Shown one piece after another: positions 38,717-49,669 of a DNA stretch of 64,000 nucleotides (the first letter of the stretch is position 1; every line of letters starts with the position of its first letter). A program made the translations under genes and the position numbers. Under the pieces are notes generated by a model that saw only the letters and a program-made list of their open reading frames with translations, did not search any database and was not told where the DNA came from. The stretch lies in NCBI GenBank assembly GCA_018653085.1, contig JABIAY010000060.1, forward strand, positions 2,240 through 66,239. The letters are read 5' to 3'. The stretch comes from Nitrospina sp. (GTDB lineage: Bacteria; Nitrospinota; Nitrospinia; Nitrospinales; VA-1).

Positions 38717-40902
38717 AACTGTTTTTCCAAAAATACTTCGATAGATTTGAAAGAGGGGGTTTTCGATTTAGGATCAAACTGGCGCGGTACCAAAACGTTA
38801 CTTTCCGGATAATACATCATGATATTTCCCTGTTTAATGGGGTAAGCTTGTAATTTTTGTCCGGTCATAATCCCTGTATCATTTTTGATCGTTGCCAGGT
38901 CGCCCTCTTTAGCGCCTATTTTTTTAATATCTTCTTCGTTTATTAAAATGACATTGCGGCAAGAGACACCGCGATATCGGTCGTCCGGTTCATAAACTAC
39001 GGTGTTGAATTGACCTTCCGAGCGAACTGTCATTAAAATAAAGCTATTTTCCTTGTTCCTCCTAACGGCAGGAATGGGGCAGACTTTAAAACTGGCTTTG
39101 CCGTCAGGCAGGGGGAATTTGGGGGTATGGAGAATTCTTCCATCAATATGGAACTCTTTTCCTGTCTGATCAATATTTTTCAACTGCTCGAATCCTGGGA
39201 TGATCGTACCGATGATTTCCCGTATGTTCCCTGTTTCGCTTAAAGATTTCCAGGGTAACGGGGAGTCTTCCAGAACACGTTGGGCAATTTCCGCGATTAT
39301 TTTCACCTCGCTTCTGGGTCCGGAATAGCGTTGCAGGCCTCCGTTACTGAGTCTTATAAAGCTGAACATACTTTCCTGCGTGGTGGGTTCCGGTTCTTCA
39401 TCCCTGGCCGACACGGGAAGTATGAGGCTGGTTTGGCCCCGCCCGAGAAAATGCCCCTGGTTCAATGTGGTATTGAGAAAAAGACTAAAGCCAACTTTGG
39501 CAAGGGCCGTCTGGGCGAACCGGGAATCCGGATTGGAGCCATACAAATTACCTCCAAGGTTCCAGGCAAACTCAAATTCCCCTTTATTGGCGGCTTCCAT
39601 GCACCCCAAGGTGTCGAGACCCGGTTGTGTAGGCAGGGTTACCGGGAATTTAGACTCCAGATTGTCCATCACCGCCTGCTTCAATTGCGGGGTGAAACCT
39701 ACCGAGCCAATTCCCTGTACGTTGCTATGCCCTCTCAAGGGTAAGAGGCCGGCGTATTTTTTCCCCACCATTCCTCGCATGAGTGCCAGGTTGACGATGG
39801 CTTGAACATTATCCACACCAAAAGTATGGTGGGTGATTCCCATAGCCCAGGCAAACACGGTATGTTTACTCTTTGAATAAATTTGTGCGGTTTTTTCTAT
39901 TTCCTCCCGGGATATGCCGGAAGCAGACTCTAAGGTTTCCCATGATTCGGATTTCACATCCTCTTCGACTTCGGTAAAGTTCAGAGTGTGGTTAGCGATA
40001 AAGTTCTGGTCCAGACAATCTTGATTCGACAGGAGGGATTTTGCGATGCCTTTAAACAGGGGGATGTCTCCTCCTATATTGGGTTGCAGGTAAAGGCTGG
40101 CGATTTCTGAACCGAATAACAGACTCCGCATATCAGAAGGGACACTGAAATTTTCCAGGCCACGCTCCCTTGCAGGGTTTATGACGATTATCTGCCCACC
40201 ACGCCGGCGAACATCCATGAGAATGCGCATGAAACGGGGGTGATTGGAGGCGGGGTTTGCTCCAATTAGAAAAACCAGATCGGTGTGATCAAGATCTTCA
40301 AGGTCAACGGTGGCGGTACCGGTTCCCAGGCTCTGGTTCAGTCCAACTCCGGAAGCCTGGTGACAGTAGTATGAGCAGTTATTAATATTGTTAGTGCCAT
40401 AAAGTCTCGCAAACAATTGCAGAAGGAAACCCGCTTCATTGGAAGAACGCCCACTGGCATAAAAGAAGGACTTGTCTGCGGAAGTTGCTTTGAGTTTTTC
40501 GACCACCCGGTTCATGGCCTCCAGCCAGGAAATAGGGCGGTAGTGGGTGTCACTGGGTTCACACAGAACAGGCCGGGTCAAACGTCCGCTCAGTTCCAGG
40601 TCACGAGGAGACCATTTGGAAAGGGTGGGAATATCGAATTGGCTAAAAAAATCTTCGGCAAGAGCCCCTTGCATGTCTGAGGCCTGAGCCATGAAGGACT
40701 TGTTGCAAACTGCGGGGAAATTGCCACCCTCATCGCGCATTCCGCCTTTTTGTCCACCCATTCCCAATGCGCAACTTTTGCAGTTGTTTTTGGAAGCCAG
40801 TGCCTTCAGCATGGGCCACAAGCCTCCGGCCCGATTCGCCATCTTCAGCGAATAGCGTATGGCACCCCATCCTCCTGCGCTTTGGGGTAATTTGACGCTC
40901 AT
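38713..40902 (-). CDS. FdhF/YdeP-family molybdopterin oxidoreductase
   Basis: SAGGWGA, CKSCA, YASGRSSNE, GANPASNHPR, PLRGHSNVQG, TVRSEGQFNTVVY. Confidence 0.92.
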   Translation of the reverse strand: MSVKLPQSAGGWGAIRYSLKMANRAGGLWPMLKALASKNNCKSCALGMGGQKGGMRDEGGNFPAVCNKSFMAQASDMQGALAEDFFSQFDIPTLSKWSPRDLELSGRLTRPVLCEPSDTHYRPISWLEAMNRVVEKLKATSADKSFFYASGRSSNEAGFLLQLFARLYGTNNINNCSYYCHQASGVGLNQSLGTGTATVDLEDLDHTDLVFLIGANPASNHPRFMRILMDVRRRGGQIIVINPARERGLENFSVPSDMRSLLFGSEIASLYLQPNIGGDIPLFKGIAKSLLSNQDCLDQNFIANHTLNFTEVEEDVKSESWETLESASGISREEIEKTAQIYSKSKHTVFAWAMGITHHTFGVDNVQAIVNLALMRGMVGKKYAGLLPLRGHSNVQGIGSVGFTPQLKQAVMDNLESKFPVTLPTQPGLDTLGCMEAANKGEFEFAWNLGGNLYGSNPDSRFAQTALAKVGFSLFLNTTLNQGHFLGRGQTSLILPVSARDEEPEPTTQESMFSFIRLSNGGLQRYSGPRSEVKIIAEIAQRVLEDSPLPWKSLSETGNIREIIGTIIPGFEQLKNIDQTGKEFHIDGRILHTPKFPLPDGKASFKVCPIPAVRRNKENSFILMTVRSEGQFNTVVYEPDDRYRGVSCRNVILINEEDIKKIGAKEGDLATIKNDTGIMTGQKLQAYPIKQGNIMMYYPESNVLVPRQFDPKSKTPSFKSIEVFLEKQL

Positions 40903-40954
40903 GGCTTTTGCTCCGTTTACTATTAATATACTGCAAGTCGAAGGTAAGGTGGAT

Positions 40955-41629
40955 TCAAAAATCACCTTCCTTGATAGTGAGGATGTCCGGGGAGTCTGGT
41001 TGTAATATATAGGATAGTCTCAGAGTAATATCTCGAAAGAATTCCTTATTTTTTTTCGGATCGGTCAAAATCATCAGAATCATTCTTCCCTTTTGGTCTT
41101 TGCCGCGGAAAACAATTATCCTTGATTCATCCATCTTGGCATTGGTGGCATATCCATCTTTCTGATACTTTTTCTTGATGAAGTGACTGCGAAGACGGTT
41201 GGCGTTGTTAACGATGTTGCGGGCATCGGGTTTAGCGTCTACAGGTGTTCCCCAAACCACATTGACCTGTATCAGTTTTTTAGATTTATAACCGAAGACA
41301 TAACCCACCACTGCTTTTCCGCCTTCTGAAAGTACCTCTGGTACTTCGACCTCAAGGCTTACCGTTTTTTCTTCAGGGTGGACGTTACGCTTGACCTTGT
41401 TTCTGGGGATTTTGAAATCCTTGGCAATGGTTTTCAAAACGCTCTTTTCATTCATACCGAAACGGGCAGAGCGGAATCCTTTTACATCAGCCCATTTATT
41501 TGCAGAAGCGGTGGATTTTGTGGAGGAGGATTTTTGGGTTATCTGGGTTTTAGCCAATACTCCAGTTGCCAGTATTGTTGTAACAAGAACAACAGCACCA
41601 CTTAGCCATCCTGTGTTTCTGAAAAACAT
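40955..41629 (-). CDS. hypothetical secreted protein
   Basis: Signal peptide, GFRSARFGM motif; GGGAGG RBS. Confidence 0.75.
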   Translation of the reverse strand: MFFRNTGWLSGAVVLVTTILATGVLAKTQITQKSSSTKSTASANKWADVKGFRSARFGMNEKSVLKTIAKDFKIPRNKVKRNVHPEEKTVSLEVEVPEVLSEGGKAVVGYVFGYKSKKLIQVNVVWGTPVDAKPDARNIVNNANRLRSHFIKKKYQKDGYATNAKMDESRIIVFRGKDQKGRMILMILTDPKKNKEFFRDITLRLSYILQPDSPDILTIKEGDF

Positions 41630-41932
41630 CAATCGACCTCCCAGAGTTGTCACCCATATCATCTGAACCAGAAAGGATAATATCTTAATTGGGCACTTCA
41701 ATGTTTAAAATACGCGAAGGCAAATCATTAGTTTAGAACACTTACTAACTTATTCATTTATTTAGTGTTATAATTTTATCAATTATCCGATAATAGGTTT
41801 ATGTGATTGTTGCCCTGATAATTGATATTCCATTTCTGCTTCACCTCTCTTTCATGCTCCCGCAGATTACGAAGATAAAATCAGTGCTCGGCATAAATAA
41901 AACAGCCAATAGTGTTTGCGAAAATATAATCA

Positions 41933-44900
41933 ATGCCTGGTATAAAAAAAACAGCCTGCATTTATCGTAGTTTCTTCTCCTCTATTGTCGCACTGTTTTT
42001 TCTTTTCCTATTGAGCCCAAGTGTTTTTGCCGCTGACCTGACGGTTTCTACTGCATTGACCGCAACGCAAAACTTCTCTACTTTGGGTGATGACCTGACC
42101 GTAACAGCTGCGGGTTCGATCATTCCTTCCACGCCTGCCACACCTGGGGCCGCTACCAATCCTGCGACCGGTACCGCCAACAACGGAGACGCCGTCGATT
42201 TTAGCGGTGCGGCAACCAACGGAACGATAACTTCAGCCGGAACTATTACTGGGGGTGCCGGGGGTGCCGGTGGCGATGACTCCGATACCGGAGGCGTTAC
42301 TTCAAACGCTACGACAGGTGGTGCCGGTGCCGCAGGTGCCTTGGGAATCGATTTTAATGTGGGGAATACCATAACCATAACCGCTGGTACCGTGACAGGG
42401 GGTGCCGGTGGCGCAGGGGGAACAGGTGAGGGGCCTACCAATGCGGCTGGAGGAACGGGTGGTGCAGGGGCATCAGGTGGAACTGGAATAGATACAACGG
42501 GGGCGGGCGGGGTGACAATTGATATAAACGGCGGCGCAGTTGCCGGTGGCGCAGGTGGCAATGGCGGTACCGGTGGCACGACTACAAGTGCTACTGCCAA
42601 TGGAGGTACAGGCGGTGCGGGGAGTACAGGTGCCACGGGTCTTTTAACGGCTTCCGGTGATACCGTGACAGTTTCCAGTGGAGCAAATATTACCGGTGGC
42701 GCCGGGGGCTCGGGAGGTACTGGTGGTGGTGGTTCTACAACCGGTAACGGCGGTGCCGGGGGAAACGGGGCCACTGCGGGTACAGGTGCGCAATTAATTG
42801 GTAGTACAACCATGACGGTATCGGGAACGATAACAGGCGGAGCAGGTGGAAGCGGAGGAACGGGGGGAGTGAGTAATAACAACAACGCTTCCGTAGGGGG
42901 TGCGGGTGGGAGCGGTGGAACCGGCAATATTGGTATACAAGCTTTGACCACAACGGGAGGAACGATCACGGTCAAATCGGGGGGAGAAGTCAAAGGTGGC
43001 GCTGGGGGCGCGGGAGGTGCAGGGGGCGCGGCCAATGCCACGGATGGGGACGGTGGAGCTGGCGGTAATGGAGGCGAAGGTGGTAGGGGTATTGTAGCCT
43101 CTGTGGCGACAACGATCAATGTTGAGGCCGGCGGCAAGGTTACAGGGGGCGCTGGCGGGGCGAATGGTGCCGATGGAGCAGAAGGCGCCAGCTCAAATGC
43201 CGATACCAGCCAGGCCAGCGCTGCTTCTGGTGCATCTGGAATTCAGGAAAGCTCCTCGAGTGGCACAACTACAATAACCAATGCTGGGACGATCACTGGT
43301 GGCGCGGGCGGCTCAGGACTTGATGCAAACCAGACCGACCAACTTGGTGGACAGGGCAATTCAAGTGGCAACGGTCTAGGTATTGTTATTACTGGATCAG
43401 CTAATAGAACTGTTACCAATACCGGTTCTATTATAGGCGGTGCTGGCGGCAATGATGGGGCCGCCAATGGCACCGCTGATGCGTCTTCTCAAGTAGCGGG
43501 GCAAGGATCTACGGGTGTCAACTTTGCTAGTACTCTTACATTAAATAATAATACGAGTGGTTCTATAACTGGTGGTGCGGGTGGCACGGGTATGACCGGT
43601 GGCACAGGCAATGCTTCCGGAAAAGGAGGAATTGGTGGAGCGGGTGTTTCTGGAACAAATAATGGCACTTTTAACAACACGGGTGGAACCATCACGGGTG
43701 GCGTGGGAGGCACAGGTGGTTTGGGGAATGCTACGGCAAGTACTGATACTGGTGGTGCCGGGGGGGGCGGGCGGTATAGGAGCAAGTTTTAGCTTCGGTA
43801 CAGTTAGCATTGATAATACCGGTGGAACGATCACGGGTGGCACTGGGGGTACGGGGGGGGCGGCGCAAAACGCATCTGCCAATGGTGGCGCAGGAGGTAC
43901 AGGAGGTGTTGGTTTAGAATACGATAATACCACGACATTGACCAATGCCAATGTAATAGAAGGTGGCGCAGGAGGCACAGGTGGGGCCGGGGGTGCAAGT
44001 GGTACGGGTGGGAATGGGGGTGCCGGAGGGGTGGCGGTGAACATCACTGCCGCCACGACTTTCACCAACAACGGCACTGTCACCGCCGGTTCCGGTGGTT
44101 CAGCAGGCAGTGGTGGTACGTCAGGTTCTGCAGGTTCTTCGGGCAATGCCATCACCGGTGATAACAACGCTATCACTATTACCAATACCGGCAGCATCAC
44201 CGGAAATATCTCAATGGGGACGGCTGTTGATACCTTTAATATGAACGGCGGTACCATCACCGGAAATATTGACCTGGGTACCGGCGCTAATGTTGCTTCC
44301 GCAACCAAAGGAACCATCAACGGAATATTCGATATTGGTGCCGCGACAGCAGACGCTACCATTAATCCTTCGTCAGGAAATACAGTCAGCTTTCTAAACT
44401 CGGGTGCGACCGCTTTGGAGTCGACCGGCCTGGACTTTGCCTTGAGTGGTGCAGGCACCGTTGTCATCAACGGCAACGTTGTGGATACTTCAGCTTCCGC
44501 CACTGACCTGGATCAAACAGCCGGAACATTGGAGTTTTCCGGCAACTCGGCGATCGATGGTGCCCTCTTATCATCGGGAGCTTCAACCATTGTGGATCTT
44601 TCCACTAATGATGTCACCGTTGCCGCCGCATCGACACTTGGAACCTCCGGTTCAACACTCAAGGTAACTATCGATAATACGGCAGGCAGCAGTGGCTCCC
44701 TGGCTACCTCAGCGGCGGTGGCGATCACGGTTAATGATTCACTGATAATATCCCCGACAGTAGGAAATGTGATCGCGGGTGAAGCGATAACTATCATCGA
44801 TGGGGCTGCCGGTGGCGGCACGCTCAGTATCACGACCCTGGCCACCTTGCAGAGCAACCTGTCTGTTTCGGGTGCAAGCATCCGTCATGACAACTTCACT

Positions 44901-46055
44901 CTGGCAAACACCGGTCAGACTTTAACAATCACTGCGGGCCTGGCGTCATTGAGTCTTTCCGGTTCTGCGGGTGGGGTCAATGACGTGGCCGATACAGCCT
45001 TTGCCAGTGACAGCACTCTTTTAAATGCATTGAACGCCGTTTCATCATCGGACGGACTCAACGATGCACTGGAATCTCTGGCCCCCGTGGTTAACGGTGG
45101 CGCGATAGTGGGCTCTGTGTCTGCTGGAACTGCTTCCAGGAAAGTGGTTCAAACACGTATGGCAAATCTTCGCATCGGGATCTCTGCCGGGCAGGGACTT
45201 GCCAGTGGTGATGAGTATGAGGGAGAAAGAAATTTCTGGACGCAGGGTTTCGGCACCTTTGCCGATCAGAGGGGTCGTGATGGCTTTGATGGTTTTGATG
45301 CCGTCACCGGTGGTTTCGCGTTGGGTGCGGACAAACCTGTTTCTAAAAACCTGACGGGAGGTCTGGCCTTCAGCTATGCTTTCACCAATGTAAACTCAGA
45401 CCGTTCTGCCAATCGAACATTGATCAACAGTTTTCAGACAACAGGATATGGCAGCTACGAGTTCGGTTCCTATTTTCTGGAAAGCATGGTTTCACTGAGC
45501 TACACCACTTATGAGGGATTGCGAAGCATCAGTGTGGGTAGCGTTGAACGACGAGCCAGAGCCGACTATGACGGTGCACAAGGTTCCATCAAGGCAGGCC
45601 TTGGTCGCGAATTCAGATTTGATGACGGTGTAGAGATAACACCCAGCATATCGTTGCAGTACAACCACGTTTATATAGACAGCTACACGGAAAGCGGAGC
45701 CGATGCATCGAATCTGGATGTTGGCAGTCAGAACTACGACAGTCTTTATTTAACCTTGAATAGCGAATTCAGCCGTACTTACGAAATAGACGCGGGAACT
45801 TTGGCTCCTGAGATCCATATTGGATATATGTACGAGGCTTTGGATGAAAAGGTTTCCACAACATCTACCTTTACTGGCGGTGGCGGGTCTTTCAAGACCA
45901 GCGGGTTTGACCCGGCCAACCACAGTTTGCTTGCCGGAGCCGGTTTAACTTTTGCCAGCCTGGACAATTTCGATCTGAAAGCCACGTATGATATGGAGAT
46001 GAAAGACGATTATACCAGCCACTCGGCTCTGCTTCGCGGAGAATGGAAGTTTTAA
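41933..46055 (+). pseudogene. Gly-rich autotransporter frameshifted at a G8 tract (43760-43767)
   Basis: ORF 41933-43792 (signal peptide plus GGXGG passenger) and ORF ending at 46055 (autotransporter barrel, ..GEWKF) join into 1373 aa if one G is removed. Confidence 0.85.
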
Positions 46056-46080
46056 GGACCAATCGGGTTGTAGTAGAATT

Positions 46081-46113
46081 AATGCCTCAGTGACCAACTG
46101 GGGCATTTTTTAT
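46081..46113 (+). terminator. intrinsic terminator
   Basis: AATGCCTCAGT-GACCA-ACTGGGGCATT-TTTT. Confidence 0.75.
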
Positions 46114-46129
46114 TGGAACAGGAAAGAGG

Positions 46130-46984
46130 ATGCCGGAAGCTAATCTAAAACAATGTTTCATGCAGTTGGGTTTTGTATTGCTATGCCTGTTGTCACAGGG
46201 TTGTGCAAGCAACACTCCCCAGACCATTGCATCCGATATTGCCGACAAATGGTTTAAGTCCACAGAGCTTAAAGGAGGGGAGTTTGTTCTCCAAGTCTAT
46301 TATAGATTTGATCAGTTGGAAGCGCCATTGAGTGTCTACATTGAAGGGGATGGGAAGGCATGGCTCAACAAAAATAGAGCATCGAGGAACCCGTCCCCGC
46401 GTAATCCTATCGGGCTTTCCCTGGCAGTGCGTGATCCAGGTAAAAACGTTATGTATATTGCACGTCCTTGCCAATACGTATCGTTTGAGAAAAACCCGCA
46501 ATGCGACTACACCTATTGGACAAACAGGCGCTTTGCTCCGGAGGTTATAGCTAGTGTTTCTGCAGTGATTGATTTGGGAAAAAAGAAGGCCAAAGCCTCA
46601 AAGGTGAATCTCATAGGGTATTCAGGGGGTGGGGCGGTTGCTCTTCTGGCTGCGGCTCGACGTTCTGATGTCACTAGTATCCGAACCGTAGCAGGAAACA
46701 TTGACCACAGAGTCTGGACAAAACAGCATAAAGTTGATTCATTGAATGGTTCACTCAATGCGGCAGACGTTGCAGATAAAGTCTCTGCGATTTCTCAGAT
46801 TCATTATGTTGGAGAACGGGACAAGGTCATAGGCCGTTATGTGACCGAGAGTTTTATTTTCAAAGCTGGTTCCGAGAACTGTATCCAATTAAAGATGGTT
46901 TCTGGAGCAACACATACAAAGGGGTGGGAAACCTTGTGGCCGAAGTTAATTAGAGAAAAGTTGCCTATCTGTGGTGAGAAGTGA
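46130..46984 (+). CDS. alpha/beta hydrolase lipoprotein
   Basis: Lipobox SQGC, VYIEGDG, ARPCQY, GYSGGG nucleophile elbow. Confidence 0.85.
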   Translation: MPEANLKQCFMQLGFVLLCLLSQGCASNTPQTIASDIADKWFKSTELKGGEFVLQVYYRFDQLEAPLSVYIEGDGKAWLNKNRASRNPSPRNPIGLSLAVRDPGKNVMYIARPCQYVSFEKNPQCDYTYWTNRRFAPEVIASVSAVIDLGKKKAKASKVNLIGYSGGGAVALLAAARRSDVTSIRTVAGNIDHRVWTKQHKVDSLNGSLNAADVADKVSAISQIHYVGERDKVIGRYVTESFIFKAGSENCIQLKMVSGATHTKGWETLWPKLIREKLPICGEK

Positions 46985-47160
46985 AAATGATCCTCGACTA
47001 ACTCCCTAAACTCAAAAACTGTGAGGTGGAGGCAGTTGAGCAAAAGCTCCTCAAGCCGAGATAAGTCGTTGCTAGCCAACGAAAGCTATTGCTCGTTTAC
47101 CCGTACCGGGCATGAAGGCTAATGAAGAGGTCATCACAGCCACCGGCGGCTCGCCGGCGC

Positions 47161-47898
47161 CTAGTGGCCCATGGAATTTTTGGGAACCCAGCCTTTTTGT
47201 TCATCATTGAGACGAACTTCCAGCCAGTTTTCATGTTCATCGGTGACGGTAAGCAGAGCACCTTCGTGCAGTTGGAATAAAGTAACCGCATCTTCAGCCC
47301 GCCCGGATTTCACTTCAACTCTTTTAGTCAGAACCACTGCCGGTTTAAAACCGGATTCACGTTTAACTCCGATTGAAATAAATGAAACCAAAAGCAAACA
47401 AAGGAGGGCATTGCGGACGATTTTCAGGCCAGGAAAATACAGCCACAGGGATAGACTGATCCAGAAAACGAAATTCAAGCCTATGGCAAGATAAATAAGT
47501 TCGTTTAAGTTTAAGTCGTTGCTCCAGAAAAAAAGAGTGCTTAGGGTGCCAGGGGCCGGGAGTTCTATTTTGTCCTGGCTTTGTTGGATGGCAAATTTTA
47601 AATTGGCTTCCAGGTTTTCATCACGCGGAATCCATTTTCGGGCATGGACATAATTTAAAATGGCAGGCCCGATTTTTCCCATACGAATATAAGCATTGGC
47701 CAGGTTGTAATGCAAATATCCGTTACGTATGCCCTTATGGATTAAAGACTCATATGCTTCGGCGGACTGGGCATAATGTTTTTCAGCATACAAGTCATTG
47801 GCACGAACGATTTCCTGTAGATATTCAGAGCCCTCTGTGGGGAGGCTGGTAAAGAGTGTCAGCGCAAAAAATAAAAATACTGAAAAAGCATTTTTCAT
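47161..47898 (-). CDS. batE: BatE-like TPR/SH3 protein
   Basis: TPR (YNLANAY), two TM helices, LHEG..GWV SH3-like domain; Bat operon context. Confidence 0.82.
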   Translation of the reverse strand: MKNAFSVFLFFALTLFTSLPTEGSEYLQEIVRANDLYAEKHYAQSAEAYESLIHKGIRNGYLHYNLANAYIRMGKIGPAILNYVHARKWIPRDENLEANLKFAIQQSQDKIELPAPGTLSTLFFWSNDLNLNELIYLAIGLNFVFWISLSLWLYFPGLKIVRNALLCLLLVSFISIGVKRESGFKPAVVLTKRVEVKSGRAEDAVTLFQLHEGALLTVTDEHENWLEVRLNDEQKGWVPKNSMGH

Positions 47899-49667
47899 GA
47901 TTGCTTCTCCAACAACTTGATCAGGTCTTCAGCTCGGCTGAGTAGTTCCTTTGTGTTGCCACGGGTTGTCGGAGCAAACTGAAGGGTCTCGCATTTTTCG
48001 AGAAGTTCTCGGGTTGCTTCGGCGGATTCATAGTTCGCTTCTTTTAACCGGGTCTCCACTTCCTCTGCGGTGATGGCCTTTCCCTGCCGGTTCAGCTTGT
48101 TGCCAACATATTCCCGCAGAATTTCTGATAACTCCCGGCCAAACTCCTTGGGGTCGGAAGAGTCGGAAGGCCCAGACATTTTTTTCAGACGCTGGTTTGC
48201 GTTTTTATAGGCATTTCGGTGGCGATAAAAAGCTACATCATATTTCATGCGTTTTTGTCGTTTTATCAAAAAAGCCGAAATGATGAAAAGAAACACGGGC
48301 GATCCAAAGCCAGTTGCCAGGAATGCCGGTGAATGAGAACGAACATTTTGGAACTTGTCCAGTTCGGTGTAGATGGGGAAAATATCTCTGCCAAGAATTT
48401 CAATTTCAGGTTTGGATGCCGGGGCGTTCTGTTGTCTGGACTGCACCAGATTGAGCTCTTCTTTTGTCGTAGAGGGTTTTATGTTTAAAGAAAGAGGTTG
48501 GGTTTGAGCGACACTATACTGAGATTTTCCCGGATCAAAAAAGGGCAGTGAAAATTTGGGCAGGGTTCTATTCCCTGCTTCCAGAGGCACCAGGGCAAAT
48601 TTGAAAACCTTTTTTCCTTCAATCTGGTTGTTACGAACGGTTTGGTGAAACTCGGGCTTATCCGGGTAGATTTTAAAATAGCCCTTTAAATCCGGTTCAT
48701 CAAAGGTGATATCCCGAACATTACCTTTTCCCGCAACGGTCACTGTCAGGGTGGTGGTGCCTCCGACTTCAAGGTTCTTTTTCCCCAGTTCTGCGGAAAT
48801 AGTAACGTGTCCGATTATGTTTGCAAACCCCTCGGGTGCTCCATCAGGCAGTGGTAAAACTTCAATGGAAAGAGGCTCTGAGCGCAGAATCTTGTGCTCG
48901 GCCCGAGCGCGTTGACCAAAAAACTGGCCGAAGGGATCCCGGCTGGAGCGGGTTCGCATCGGGTGGAGAAGATCCAGTTCAATCGCACTGGCGGGAATTT
49001 CATGTAGTCCTTTTTCCAGTGGGAAAAGTGCCAGTGATAACTCCTGCACGTGGTACTGAATTCCATTAACGACTTTAATAAATGATTTGGGCTCTCCAAG
49101 CTCTTCTTTATGAAACCGGGTCTTGTCGAAGGGCAGGCTTAAATTCAGGTTTTTGGCATCAATGCGATGGAACAAAAGGAAGGTATAAACCAGTTGCTCT
49201 CCAATATATGCCTTTTTGCTGGATAGGGTGGTAACAACAAACGCGTTTTTATTTCCGGTTGTTTTCTGGCCTGAAGGTTTTTGTACCGCGATTGTTATGG
49301 GCTGGGTGGAAAAAGTTTTTCCGTTTGCCCGTACCCGTGCCGGGCCGATGACAAATGTCCCCGTGTTCATGGGGGCCAACTGGTAATTATGAGTGATGGA
49401 GACACTGCGTTGGGTATTGATGTACTGGGTAGATGAGGAAGTGCCTGCGGAAACAACCCTGAAGTCTGGCAAAGAAGGCAGTTCGGGCGGAGGCGTGTTC
49501 TGGGTTCCCTTGATAACGATGGAAAGTTGCAGGACATCTTCCAGAGTCAAACTGTTTTTGTCTACCGTTGCCGTGACGCTGATATTCTGCGCAAAAATTT
49601 GGGAAACGGGATTGAGCACGAGAAACAGGAAAACCAGTGCTTTAATTTTTCCTGAAAATATTTTCAT
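47895..49667 (-). CDS. batD: BatD family protein
   Basis: VTATVDKN, YIGEQ, IYPD, FFDP motifs; C-terminal TM. Confidence 0.88.
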   Translation of the reverse strand: MKIFSGKIKALVFLFLVLNPVSQIFAQNISVTATVDKNSLTLEDVLQLSIVIKGTQNTPPPELPSLPDFRVVSAGTSSSTQYINTQRSVSITHNYQLAPMNTGTFVIGPARVRANGKTFSTQPITIAVQKPSGQKTTGNKNAFVVTTLSSKKAYIGEQLVYTFLLFHRIDAKNLNLSLPFDKTRFHKEELGEPKSFIKVVNGIQYHVQELSLALFPLEKGLHEIPASAIELDLLHPMRTRSSRDPFGQFFGQRARAEHKILRSEPLSIEVLPLPDGAPEGFANIIGHVTISAELGKKNLEVGGTTTLTVTVAGKGNVRDITFDEPDLKGYFKIYPDKPEFHQTVRNNQIEGKKVFKFALVPLEAGNRTLPKFSLPFFDPGKSQYSVAQTQPLSLNIKPSTTKEELNLVQSRQQNAPASKPEIEILGRDIFPIYTELDKFQNVRSHSPAFLATGFGSPVFLFIISAFLIKRQKRMKYDVAFYRHRNAYKNANQRLKKMSGPSDSSDPKEFGRELSEILREYVGNKLNRQGKAITAEEVETRLKEANYESAEATRELLEKCETLQFAPTTRGNTKELLSRAEDLIKLLEKQS

Positions 49668-49669
49668 TT

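Noticed and set aside
41962-44503. Long Pro-rich antisense ORFs (391 and 320 aa)
   Set aside because: Shadows of Gly/Ala/Thr codons on the coding strand; the same applies to the other short overlapping ORFs in the track
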